Origin: Prasinococcaceae sp. CCMP 1430
Lineage: Eukaryota > Plantae > Prasinodermophyta
Assembly: GCA_013416795.1 (NCBI GenBank)
Contig: RQSC01000525.1
Location: 7,679 to 71,678 of the forward strand
DNA: 64,000 nucleotides
Reading direction: 5' to 3'
Shown: one piece after another, positions 11,138 through 21,420 of the stretch
How positions within the stretch are numbered: position 1 is the stretch's first letter
Layout: every line of letters begins with the position of its first letter
The notes under the pieces: generated by a model
Seen by the model: only the letters and a program-made list of their open reading frames with translations
Database searches by the model: none
What the model was told of the DNA's origin: nothing
Made by a program: the position numbers and the translations under genes

Positions 11138-13789
11138 TCACCGCTCCGGGGAAGGCGTCGCGTCCGGGTACGAGTCCTCGAAGCCGTCGCCCGCGGCGTC
11201 GTAGTCCGCGTCGTAGTCGCCTTGGTAGTCGCCGTCGTAGTCGCCGTTGTAGTCGTCCGCCCCGGCGGCAGGGATGTCGGAGCGCGCGCGAGAGGCGGCG
11301 CTGCGGGCGGGCGAGCCCTTCACGGGCGAGCTGCTCTGCTTGTCGGAGAGGGGCCGGAAGAGGGCGCTGCGGGCCGCGTCGGCAGTGGGTGAGCCCGCGC
11401 CCGCGGCAACCGTCACGCGAAGGGTCCCCCGCCGAAGTGGCGAACGGCGTTGGCGGAAGTCGGGCGCGTTCGGGTCCGAGCCGGTGCTGAAGGCCGCGTC
11501 GCTCACGCCGTCGGCGTAGCTGTCGGGGTAGCTGTCGGGGTAGCTATCGGCGTATGCCGAGCTCGCACCGTAGCTGCCGCCGTAAGGGGACCCACCCTGG
11601 CCGCCTCGGCCGACGTTGAGGGCAACGGCGGCCGTCGGCGCGCCTGGCGACGGCGCGGAGCCGCCCGCGAGCGATGACGCGTCGTATGCTGCCCCGGGCG
11701 CGGCGCCGGTGAGCGGGCGAGAGCGCAAGTTCGCCGGCGCGTTGCCCAAGCCACCGCTGTGGGTGGAGGACACGCGCGAGCGGCGCGACTGCGCGGCACC
11801 GTCCCAGCGCCACTCAGCGACGTCACCATCCCACGAGTTGGCCTCGGAAGCCGACCACGACGCCACCGATGTGGCCGCCTCCGACGCAGGAGCGTCCGAT
11901 TCCGTCGCCGCGCCAGCATCAGATCCCGCCTCGACATCGCAGTCACCTTGGTATTCGTCATTGCCCTCGCATGCGTCGGCGCCGCCGCTCTCCACAGAGC
12001 CGGCATCCGTGGACGCATCGGCTGCGCCGGCAGCAGAGGCGCTTTGTGCGCCGCCCATGCGTCTTCTGCGCTCGTGGAACTTCTCCCTGCGTTCCTTATG
12101 CCCCTGACGAGGTGATGCAGCGGCCACATGCGACGCCGACATCGCATCATAGACGTTTGCGGAGGCTGTGGTCGCAGACCCATCCCGCTGAGCTTCAAGC
12201 CGCCGCTCGATGGCGGGCAGCATCACGTCCTGCAGCACCGTGGCCATCGCTCGTCGGACCTGCCGCCTATCTCCAAGCGCAACCTTCGGGTGGCGGCTGA
12301 CCGCCGCGGTCACGCGCGCGGTGAGCGCAGAGGCGATCGCGCGTCGGAGCTCGGCGGCGCCGAGCGTCGGGGCGCGGCTGGGTGCACCCTCGACGGCGGG
12401 AGCTATCGCCGCCCCCTTCGCAGAGCCATCGCCATGCGCATCGAATCCGAGGCGTCTTCCCCACTGGGCGCGGCGCTCGGCGAACAACGGACTCGCGAGC
12501 GCGCCCGTCGTGAAGATGGGGTCGAGCGCCGTATGCGTGAACGAGGCGTCGCCGAGCGCGCACTGTGTTTCCTTGTCGATGAGCGCGGACATGCGCGTCG
12601 CGCGCTCAGTCTCCATCGCCACCTTTTCCTTGCGGAGGTACTCGAAGGCCTTCTCGAGAGCAGAGTGCTCCTGACGCAGCGGGAGCAGCTCGTTGGTGGC
12701 GGTCTCTAGCTCGGCCCTGGCGGCGTCGGCATTCTCCACCTGCGCGTGGAGCCTTCGCTTGAGCGCTTCTACCTCCACGGCCGCTTCCAGGCGGTCCGCA
12801 TCCCGCCGCGCCTCCGCAGCCACCAGCGCGTGCGCGTGCGATGCGGCCTCGGCATCCGCCCGCGTGGCGCGCTCGGATGCGGCGGCGCTCTCGTTTGACT
12901 TGTCGTTTGCGAGCTTCGTCGCTGCATCGGCAGCCTCCTCGGCGTCGGCGAGCGCACCTCTCATCCGCTCGAGCTCCTCCCGAGCGGCCCCGAGCTCGCT
13001 GCGGAGCTCGTGAACGAGCTCCCAGGAGAGATGCGCGGGATTTGCGCCAGTGGGCCGCGCAAAGCTCAGCGCGCCTGCGGCCATCACCTTGCGCCCCAAA
13101 GATTGGAAGGCCGCGAGCGCCTCGCGCCGACGCGGCGCGCCTGCGTCGGCAGTCGCGCCTTCGCCATCGCCGCTGTCGCCGCTCGACGCAGCCGCCTCGG
13201 CCGCCGATTCCGTCGCGGCCGAATTTTCAGTATCGCCTCGAGCGGCTGCTGCCGCGACGTTCACTGCGCCCCCTATCGCCCGCACAGGGCTGGACCGCTC
13301 GTCCTGCGACGTGGAGCGGCCCTCGCGTTCTTCGCCCCCCGGTGCCCGCCGCGCCGGCGACGCCGGCGGTGTCGGCGAGCGCCCGCCCGTAGCAGCAGCC
13401 AGAGCGACGGCCGCGGCTTCCTCTTGGAAGGCACGGCGCGCGCTCGCGTCCATCAGCCCCCTGCCGACGGCCGGGGCCCCGACGACAGCTACGCCGGCGT
13501 CCGCGGGCGGCTCCAGCTGGGCGCGTGGCCGCAGCGACCAGTCAAACTCGAGCGGCGCCGAGAGCGCACCGTCGGCACCGCCACCGTCACCGCCGCCGCT
13601 GCCTCTGTCCGCATCGGCCGTGGCGATGGCCGTCGCGCGCCTGCGAGCCTCGGCCTCCTTGCGTTTCCGCCTCAGCGCGGCGTCCTCGAGCGTCTCCCGC
13701 ACGGCGCCGCGGCGCTCCTTCGAGGCGCCCACACGGTGCGGTGCGGGGACGCGCGCGGTGCGCCCGAGGCCGTAGCGCGGCACCGTCAT
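11138..13789 (-). CDS. Uncharacterised intronless low-complexity protein with a central coiled coil (about 880 aa)
   Basis: 2.65-kb ORF with heptad-rich segment (LRSELGAAREELERMRGALADAEE...LEKAFEYLRKEKVAME) and YxD repeats near the C-terminus; start at second Met (13789) assumed. Confidence 0.7.
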   Translation of the reverse strand: MTVPRYGLGRTARVPAPHRVGASKERRGAVRETLEDAALRRKRKEAEARRRATAIATADADRGSGGGDGGGADGALSAPLEFDWSLRPRAQLEPPADAGVAVVGAPAVGRGLMDASARRAFQEEAAAVALAAATGGRSPTPPASPARRAPGGEEREGRSTSQDERSSPVRAIGGAVNVAAAAARGDTENSAATESAAEAAASSGDSGDGEGATADAGAPRRREALAAFQSLGRKVMAAGALSFARPTGANPAHLSWELVHELRSELGAAREELERMRGALADAEEAADAATKLANDKSNESAAASERATRADAEAASHAHALVAAEARRDADRLEAAVEVEALKRRLHAQVENADAARAELETATNELLPLRQEHSALEKAFEYLRKEKVAMETERATRMSALIDKETQCALGDASFTHTALDPIFTTGALASPLFAERRAQWGRRLGFDAHGDGSAKGAAIAPAVEGAPSRAPTLGAAELRRAIASALTARVTAAVSRHPKVALGDRRQVRRAMATVLQDVMLPAIERRLEAQRDGSATTASANVYDAMSASHVAAASPRQGHKERREKFHERRRRMGGAQSASAAGAADASTDAGSVESGGADACEGNDEYQGDCDVEAGSDAGAATESDAPASEAATSVASWSASEANSWDGDVAEWRWDGAAQSRRSRVSSTHSGGLGNAPANLRSRPLTGAAPGAAYDASSLAGGSAPSPGAPTAAVALNVGRGGQGGSPYGGSYGASSAYADSYPDSYPDSYADGVSDAAFSTGSDPNAPDFRQRRSPLRRGTLRVTVAAGAGSPTADAARSALFRPLSDKQSSSPVKGSPARSAASRARSDIPAAGADDYNGDYDGDYQGDYDADYDAAGDGFEDSYPDATPSPER

Positions 13790-14848
13790 ACTATGGCGTA
13801 TCCACAAACCCTCGTTTTGGTGCAGTTGGTGCTTTTTTGCATGAATATGTGTTGTTACCGTAAATTACTTCATAAAATGGACTCCGTTTCTATTTAATAC
13901 AGAATCCAATATGGGAAAATACTTCAGGTTTGGTACATTTGATGTCCTGTCGAATATATTTTGCATCATGGCGGGTCTGTGGATGCTGCATGACAATCGT
14001 ACAAATACGGATTCCGTCGACATGGATTCCGCACGCACAGTGGTTACGGTTGCCCCGGCGGCGCCCGCGCGGTTCGGGTTGACGGGGCGTGGAACCACTC
14101 TTTTGGAACCCCATCTTGTGCGATATCCACAAACCCTTTATATCGTGAGTGTAATGCAAAAGCAGATATTTTGTGTTACTACCGGTAATATTTGTTATCA
14201 ATGGAATCCATTTTTGTGAAAAACGGATTCCATACCATTAATATTGTTCGGGTATGTCATAAAATAACGATATACATCAATACATACGCGTCAAAACGGG
14301 TTAACATATGCTGCACAGAATCGACATAAAAATGGTTTCCACCAAAAATGGTTCCGCACGGTAGTTTGGGTTCACGCCCTCGCGCGCGCGCGGGGAGGGG
14401 GGTGAGGGGGGGCGACGCCCCTGCCCCCCCCTGGCACGCGCGCGTGCGCCTCCCTGACCGGGGGGGGGGGGGGCTCAGAGGCCTCGGCGCCCCCCTTCGC
14501 CGGCGTGCTCCCGGGGGGAGGGCACTGCAGCGCCTCCCCCCCCGCCCACGTCCCCCCCCCTCTCCTCCCTCGCGCGCGCGGTCGAAGTCTCCCCTTCGAC
14601 ACACGTGCTTGCCCCCCCCCTCCCCGCGCGCGCGCGCGCGCGCGCGCGCGCGCGCGCGCCGTTCCGCCTGTTTTCATATTTCGATCGGATATTCCGAAAT
14701 ATGGTATATCATCCGGAATCTATTTGTAAAACACGGGCGCGTTTTTATTTCTCATTCGCGCACGCCGACGACCGTTCCGCCCCTGCCCATCTCCCCCCTC
14801 CCCCCGGCGGCGCGCGGCGCGCGCGCGCGCGCGCGCCCCCTCCGCCAG

Positions 14849-15061
14849 CACACACCCACACCCACACCCACAAAGAGCAAGAGCGAGAAGAGCAAGACGA
14901 AGAGCGAGAAGGGTAAGAAGAAGGGCAAGAAGAATGAACTCACGAAGAAACAGATCAAGAAGCTCTGCCAGAAGGCAAAGAAGTCCAAGAAGAAGTGCAA
15001 CAAGGGCGACGCCAAGAAGAACTGCAAGTTCAGCAAGAAGAAGGGCTGCACCCCCAAGTAG
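14849..15061 (+). other. Putative orphan exon encoding a TP-linker plus Lys/Cys-rich module
   Basis: After CCGCCAG (14848) the frame reads HTPTPTPTKSKSEKSKTKSEKGKKKGKKNELTKKQIKKLCQKAKKSKKKCNKGDAKKNCKFSKKKGCTPK* with consistent AAG codon use; no clear upstream start. Confidence 0.45.
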
Positions 15062-15096
15062 GCGCGCCAGCTGGCACGCGAATCCCAAACCCTCAA

Positions 15097-15132
15097 TCGA
15101 ACCCCAACCCGAACCCCAACCCGAACCCCAAC
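15097..15132. repeat. Three copies of a 12-bp unit CGAACCCCAACC
   Basis: Direct tandem repeat read from the sequence. Confidence 0.8.
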
Positions 15133-15151
15133 CTACTGTAGTCCTGCACAA

Positions 15152-16112
15152 TTATCCCCATCCCCTTTCCCATATCTTTCTCCGTGGGTCAGCGCACGCA
15201 GGATGACGGGCCCTCCTCGAAGAAAAAGGAGGAAAAGAATCAGAATCCGAATCCGCCGCTGCGCGCCGGCGGCGGCTGCGGCCGCGCGGCGGCGAGCGGC
15301 GGCGCTCGTAGCGGTCGCGATCATAGCCCCGGTCGCGGTCGTACCGGTCGCGGCCGTAGTCGCGGTCCCTGCGGTCGTAGCGATCGTCGTAGCCGCGGTA
15401 GCTGTCGCGAGGGGGGGAGCGGCGGTAGCCGCCGTAGCCGCGGTCGCGGTCGTAGCCGCGGTCGCGGTCGTAGCCGCGGTCGTAGCCGCGGTCGTAGCCG
15501 CGATCGTAGCCGCGGTCGTAGCCACCGTAGCCCCGCTCGTATCCTCCGCGGTGGCCGCGCGGCGGCGAGCGCGGGCGGCCGCCGCGGAAGCCGCCGCGGT
15601 CTCGCGCGCCCCTCGGGCGCTCCGACGCGCCGCCCGGCGTCGCGTACTCGACCGTGAGCTTCTCACCCTCGAACTCGGCGTCGTGCATCGTCTCGAGGGC
15701 CTTGGTGGCATCCGCCTGCTCGGCGTAGCCAATGAAGGCGAAGCTGCCGCGGACCTCGAAGCGCGTGATCTTGCCGAACTCGCCGAAGACCCTCTCCAGC
15801 TCCGGCCTGATGCGTGACATGTCATTCAGCGGGAAGTTCACCACGAAGAGGGTGGTCGTCGGAGACAGGGCGGCGCGCCTCTTGCGCTCGCGCTCGCGCG
15901 TGCGGCCGTGGCCCTTCGAGATCTCAATCTTGAGAAGGCGATCGGAGAGCTTGGTGCCGTCGGCGACGAGCTGGGCGACGGCGGCCTCGGCCTCCGCGGT
16001 GGACGACATGTACACGAAGGCGAAGCCTTTCTTGAGGTCGACGCGATCGATGGTGCCGAAGGGTTTGAAGAGGTCCTCGACCGCCGAGCGCTGTTCCGCG
16101 TACGCCAGGTTC
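15152..16112 (-). CDS. RS-subfamily SR splicing factor (two RRMs plus RS/RGYD tail, RS31/RS40-like); first exon lost in N gap
   Basis: RRM1 NLAY...VEDLFKPFGTIDRVDLKKGFAFVYM, RRM2 TTTLFVVNF...FAFIGY, then RSPP/GYDR/DR repeats; CGCGCAG acceptor above 16112. Confidence 0.88.
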
Positions 16113-16829
16113 CTGCGCGCCACGCCGCGATCAGCGCGAGAAGGGTGGTGGGAGGGCGCACTCGTCAGCGCTTGCACAGGCGGCCTACCGGGGGGGGGTG
16201 CCGGGGGGCGCCGGCGGCCAAGGGCGGAGGGGGCGCGCGCGCTGGGCCCGCGNNNNNNNNNNNNNNNNNNNNNNNNNNNNNNNNNNNNNNNNNNNNNNNN
16301 NNNNNNNNNNNNNNNNNNNNNNNNNNNNNNNNNNNNNNNNNNNNNNNNNNNNNNNNNNNNNNNNNNNNNNNNNNNNNNNNNNNNNNNNNNNNNNNNNNNN
16401 NNNNNNNNNNNNNNNNNNNNNNNNNNNNNNNNNNNNNNNNNNNNNNNNNNNNNNNNNNNNNNNNNNNNNNNNNNNNNNNNNNNNNNNNNNNNNNNNNNNN
16501 NNNNNNNNNNNNNNNNNNNNNNNNNNNNNNNNNNNNNNNNNNNNNNNNNNNNNNNNNNNNNNNNNNNNNNNNNNNNNNNNNNNNNNNNNNNNNNNNNNNN
16601 NNNNNNNNNNNNNNNNNNNNNNNNNNNNNNNNNNNNNNNNNNNNCGGTCGGGCGCGCGCGCGTGCGCCGGCGCGTGCCGTGGCCGGGCGGCGCGGGAGGG
16701 AAGGAGTGAGCGAGCGAGCGCGAGCGCCTAACAGCCGCGCGCGGCCGAGAGCGGCTGCGCTGTGTGCTGCGGGGATCGCGGTGCTGCTGCGAGGGTGGGG
16801 TTGCGGCCGCGGTCTTTGTGCCAGCTGGA

Positions 16830-17690
16830 ATGGACTCGGGGCTTGACGTTGGCGGCGGCGGCGGCGGCGAGCCAGCCCCGGGCTCGCCGCCGGCGGCGGG
16901 CGCGGGCGCGGGGGCGGCCCTCGACCCCTTCTTCCTCGTGCGCGACGAGGTCACCGCCAGGCTGCTCGCCGCGCGGCGCGAGCAGGACTTTCTGCGAAGA
17001 GAGGCAAAGGATGAGCGCAGCGACAGCGGCGCGGCCGACGCCGCCCTGCGCTCGCTGCAGCGTGAGATCGAGGGCGCCGAGTTTTGCATCGACGAGCTCC
17101 ACGCAGCCATGCGAAAAGTCGCTCAAGATCCCGCGCGATTCAAGCTCGACCCACACGAGGTCGAGTCGCGGCAGGGGTTCGTCACCGACTCGCGCAAGGA
17201 ATGCGAGGAGCTGCGAGCTTTCATGGAGGAAACGGCCGCAGATCAAGCCGCAGCTGCGAGTGCCGCCGCGCAGCGACGTGCGGAGGCGAAGCGTCGATCG
17301 GCAGAGGCTGAGCATCGAAACGGAGGCAAAGCAGGGGGCGCCGCCAGCGCGGGCGCTGGCAACGGAGACCTTGAAGAGGGTGCGGCGTACGCCGACGAGC
17401 AAATGCAGCACCAGCAGCGCCTCATTGAGAGGCAAGACGACCAGCTCGATGACCTTCACGCGGCGGTGTCCAGGGTGGGGCAGATGGGGAGGACGATTGG
17501 AGAGGAGCTCGGTTCGCAGGCAGAAATGCTCAACGATCTCGACTCGCACATGGACTCGACGCAGGCGCGGATGCGCAGCGCCACCAAAAAGATCAAGAAG
17601 CTGATCGAGAAGAGCCGCGGATGTCAGCTCGGTATCATCGTCTTCCTTCTGGTCATTTTGATCTTGCTCATGGTGCTGATTTCGAGCTAG
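16830..17690 (+). CDS. SYP61: Qc-SNARE, syntaxin-6/SYP61-like
   Basis: Syntaxin-6 N-terminal DPFFLVRDEV...RQGFV, SNARE motif QQRLIERQDDQLDDLHAAVSRVGQMGRTIGEELGSQAEML, C-terminal TM helix. Confidence 0.9.
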   Translation: MDSGLDVGGGGGGEPAPGSPPAAGAGAGAALDPFFLVRDEVTARLLAARREQDFLRREAKDERSDSGAADAALRSLQREIEGAEFCIDELHAAMRKVAQDPARFKLDPHEVESRQGFVTDSRKECEELRAFMEETAADQAAAASAAAQRRAEAKRRSAEAEHRNGGKAGGAASAGAGNGDLEEGAAYADEQMQHQQRLIERQDDQLDDLHAAVSRVGQMGRTIGEELGSQAEMLNDLDSHMDSTQARMRSATKKIKKLIEKSRGCQLGIIVFLLVILILLMVLISS

Positions 17691-18002
17691 TAGCGACTCG
17701 GACGCGATGGCGCCATGAGGCCTTGCGTCCGGTCCCCAAGGAGTTGAGCACAGCAAGCGGTTTTTAATTGTCACCACCGTGCTACTACTCCGCTTCTGGC
17801 ACCAGCCGCGCCACGCGCGCGTGTTTATGATGCTGCGGAGCAGCAACGTGCTGCCAGCGCGCGGCGGCGGCGATGGTGCGGCGCGTGCGCGGCGCGCCCA
17901 GGTCGAGGTGTGGCCGCCTGAAGAGAAGCCGCACTGACGAAACTCCCTTTGCACCGCCCCGTGCCCCGCCGCGCATGCCCGCGCGCGGGCAGAGCGCGCT
18001 GC

Positions 18003-19955
18003 TCAGAAGTTGGGTTTGATCGCGCCGAACTCGGCCAGCAGGCTCAGCAGCAAGAAAATGCCGTAGAGCATGAACATGGCGTATCCAAGCCGCTTTCCCA
18101 GCATCCAATTGGAGGCCATGATGGACACCACGACTGTCACGAGCATGATTAGCAAGAGTGTGAGGGAGAAGCCCAGCTGCCCCGACTCGACGCTGACGGC
18201 TCTCCCGCCGTCCACCGCCGAGCGAATGATCCACGGCAGCGGCAGCCCCATCGTGACGTCGAAAATGTTGCTCCCGACGGAGCTGCTCACGGCCATGTCG
18301 CCCAGGCCCTGCTTGGCCACGATGATTGACGAAAAAAGGTCAGGAACGGACGTGCCCGCGGCCAGAAATGTGAGGCCCATCACAGCGTCGGGGACGCCCG
18401 CGGTCTCGCCTATCAGCGTCGCAAACCACACCATGAAGTACGTGTAGACAGCGATCCATATGATGGACATGACGAAGCCCACGACGACGTACTTCCGGGA
18501 CCCCTCGCGACGCACGTCGGGCACCGTGTAGTACAGGCACGCGGTGATCGGTAGCGTGAGCGCGAACGACACGCGCTCTGCCGTGCTGTCGGGCCAGGTG
18601 AGCTCCAGCGGCTGCCCACCCTCGCCGTCGCTGCCGTCGCCCTCGCCTCCGTCGCCATCCCCGGCTCCGTCTCGGTCTCCGCCGCCAGCCCCCAACGCCT
18701 TGCTCCACCCCTCGCCACCGCCGCCATCGCTGCCGCCGCCGTTCTCCGCGTTGGACACCGGCGTAATTACCACCTCGCTTCCCTGCCCCTGCGCCTCGGC
18801 GCCACCCTTGCCTCCGTCGGCGCCTCCTCCGAGCTGCTCGCCGTCCGCCATGGCCATTGCCCGCAGCGACGGTTTGCCCCCACCATCCGCCACCTCCGCG
18901 CCTCCGTGCTCGCTGAGGCTCGTCCGTATTGCGACCTCAGCCTGGTCGGCCACGTGCTTCGTCAGCGCCAGGTTGGCGGCAGCCTTGAAGCGGTTGAGGC
19001 CCCTGTTAGGGCCCTTGCTGTTGGCGCTCTGCCGAAACATCATCTGCCACGTCGACAAGCGGAGCTTGATCCTCGGCGGCGAGAACTCGATGAGGCCGTC
19101 GTCCTGGTAGAACTCGACGTCGGGCGTGCGGTCCGAGAACCTGCGCACGCGCCGCGCGACTTGCACGCCCGTGCGCCTCACCGCGCGGTGCCCTCCCGGC
19201 TGCGCACCCTCCGCCGCATCCCCTAGCCCCGCCTTGGCGTCGGAGTCGGCCGCGGCCACCGCGACTTTCGGCGGGGCGTCCGGCGCGGCCTCGCCCGGTG
19301 CGGCCTCGCCCGCTGCGGCCTCGCCCGCCTCCCTCGCCGGGGAGACCGCGCCGCTGTTTTGCCGCCTGTGGCGGAGCCACGCCATGACCCGCCCCTCGAC
19401 GCGCTCGTTGACGCTCATGAAGCCCACGTACACGCAGTACAGGGCGAGCATGACGCCCGCCTCCCACCAGTCGATCTTGCCGTCCTGAAAGAAGGCGAGC
19501 AGCACGACGAGGTCGACCGTGTAGAAGAGGCAGTCGCGGAAGAGCGGCCACCAGGTGAGCTTGAGCACCTCGCTGCTGAACACGGCGCACATGCCGATCA
19601 CGAAGAGCACGTTGAACACCGCGCTGCCGATGATCGTGCCGAAGCCGACGTTGGACTTGGCCACGAAGTTGCCCATGAAGCTGATGAAGAGCTCCGGGGC
19701 GGATCCGCCGGCCGCCATGAGCGTCGCGCCCGCCACGTCGTCCCGGAGGTCCAGGATCTCCGCGAGCAGCTCGAGCGTCGGCACGAAGAACTCGTCGCAC
19801 ACGATGGCGAGCGCCACGAACATGTAGAACATGCCGACGACGTGCAGCACGATGGCGCCGCGCCGGCGCTCCTCGGCGCTGAACGCGCCGTCCGGGAACT
19901 CGCTCCCGCCCGCGGGCGCCTCGCGCCCCCCCGGCGCGCCCACCTCCCCGCCGGC
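18003..19955 (-). CDS. K+-dependent Na+/Ca2+ exchanger (NCKX/SLC24-like); main exon, N-terminal exon(s) upstream unresolved
   Basis: alpha-1 repeat ALAIVCDEFFVP...DVAGATLMAAGGSAPELF, alpha-2 repeat MGLTFLAAGTSVPDL...GDMAVSSSVGSNIFD; track ORF starts at GTG just after an in-frame TAG acceptor (19956-19958). Confidence 0.93.
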   Translation of the reverse strand, partial: AGGEVGAPGGREAPAGGSEFPDGAFSAEERRRGAIVLHVVGMFYMFVALAIVCDEFFVPTLELLAEILDLRDDVAGATLMAAGGSAPELFISFMGNFVAKSNVGFGTIIGSAVFNVLFVIGMCAVFSSEVLKLTWWPLFRDCLFYTVDLVVLLAFFQDGKIDWWEAGVMLALYCVYVGFMSVNERVEGRVMAWLRHRRQNSGAVSPAREAGEAAAGEAAPGEAAPDAPPKVAVAAADSDAKAGLGDAAEGAQPGGHRAVRRTGVQVARRVRRFSDRTPDVEFYQDDGLIEFSPPRIKLRLSTWQMMFRQSANSKGPNRGLNRFKAAANLALTKHVADQAEVAIRTSLSEHGGAEVADGGGKPSLRAMAMADGEQLGGGADGGKGGAEAQGQGSEVVITPVSNAENGGGSDGGGGEGWSKALGAGGGDRDGAGDGDGGEGDGSDGEGGQPLELTWPDSTAERVSFALTLPITACLYYTVPDVRREGSRKYVVVGFVMSIIWIAVYTYFMVWFATLIGETAGVPDAVMGLTFLAAGTSVPDLFSSIIVAKQGLGDMAVSSSVGSNIFDVTMGLPLPWIIRSAVDGGRAVSVESGQLGFSLTLLLIMLVTVVVSIMASNWMLGKRLGYAMFMLYGIFLLLSLLAEFGAIKPNF

Positions 19956-20094
19956 CTACGCGCGCGTCCGCGTCCGCACACGGCCGGCAACGCGGCGCCG
20001 AGGAGAGCAGCGAGGCGGGCAGCGACGAGAGGCGGCGAGGGGGGGGGGTCGGTTGGGAGGCGTCAGCGCGACCGCGACGCGACGCGCCAAGATC

Positions 20095-20131
20095 AAACCC
20101 TAAATACAATCCCCAAACGCAAACCCTAACA
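20095..20131. promoter_or_regulatory. Two telo-box-like motifs (AAACCCTAA)
   Basis: aaaccctaaa at 20095 and aaaccctaac at 20121 in an AT-richer intergenic stretch; the plant telo-box is AAACCCTA. Confidence 0.45.
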
Positions 20132-20635
20132 CACTCGCCTCATTTCGCGAACGCCTCCGGGAAAGATCGGGCGCGTTCCGATGTTTTCTACCATGCGCGT
20201 TGGAAACACGGATTCGAATTCGGGCTGGAGCGCGAGCGCTTTTTTGTTTGTGGGTTTTCTGGCCGGGCGGCATCGACGCGCCGCTTTGGGGTGCCGCCGT
20301 GCGCGCGTGCGCGTGTGTGCGCGCGTGCGTGTGTGTGTGCGTGTGTGTGTGTGTGTGCGTGCGTGCGTGTGTGTGTGTGTGTGTCTGCGTGCGTGTGTGT
20401 GCGTGCATGTGTGCGCACGCGCGCGTGTGTGTGTGTGCGATCGCGTGCGTGCGTTTGCGCGCGCGCGTGTACGCGCGCGGCGCGGCGGCCCGATCGCGCG
20501 CCACGGCTGGCCTCGTCGCGNNNNNNNNNNNNNNNNNNNNNNNNNNNNNNNNNNNNNNNNNNNNNNNNNNNNNNNNNNNNNNNNNNNNNNNNNNNNNNNN
20601 NNNNNNNNNNNNNNNNNNNNNNNNNNNNNNNNNNN

Positions 20636-20723
<88 letters not shown>

Positions 20724-21236
20724 CACAGTGTGTGCGTCTGTGCGCGCGCGCCTGCGCGCGTACGAGTACCGCCCCACCAGCCAGGCGGGCGGGACGTGCA
20801 CCCGCGCCTGTGCTGTGCCCGCGCGCGTGCGTATGCGCGCGCGCGTGCGAGCGTGCGCGTGCGAGCGTGCGCGTGCGAGCGTGCGTGTGTGTGCAGGTGT
20901 GTGTGTGCAGGTGTGTGTGTGCGGGCGTGTGTGTGCGGGTGCGTGTGTGTGTGTGCAGCTGTGTGTGTGCGGGTGCGTGTGTGTGTGTGTGCAGCTGTGT
21001 GTGTGTGCGTGTGCGGGTGTGTGTGTGTGCACAGGCCAGCTCGCTCGTCGCCAGCTGTGCGTACGAGCCCGCGACGAACACGCCATCCCATCGGCAGCAG
21101 CGCGAGCCTGACGCCACCCCTCAGACCCTATACTTAACCTTAAATATCGCTGCACTATGGTACCCCTAACCACGCGCCCCGTTCCCCCGCGCGCGCGCGC
21201 CCGGCGGCGGCTTTCGAAATTCGCGCGCGAGTGTGC

Positions 21237-21275
<39 letters not shown>

Positions 21276-21279
21276 CGTG

Positions 21280-21335
<56 letters not shown>

Positions 21336-21420
21336 CGCGGGCGGAGCGGCCGCGGCCGCGGCGCGCTCCGCGGCGCACCTCGTCACGTCGCGCGCCATCG
21401 CCTCGTCGCTGAGGCTGCAG

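Noticed and set aside
13799-14132. TATCCACA as a DnaA box or bacterial origin
   Set aside because: Nuclear intron-containing context; only two partial matches, explained by the local duplication
14849-15061. Lys-rich module as histone H1 or a ribosomal protein
   Set aside because: No globular H1 domain or ribosomal family motif; spaced Cys and the TP linker do not fit
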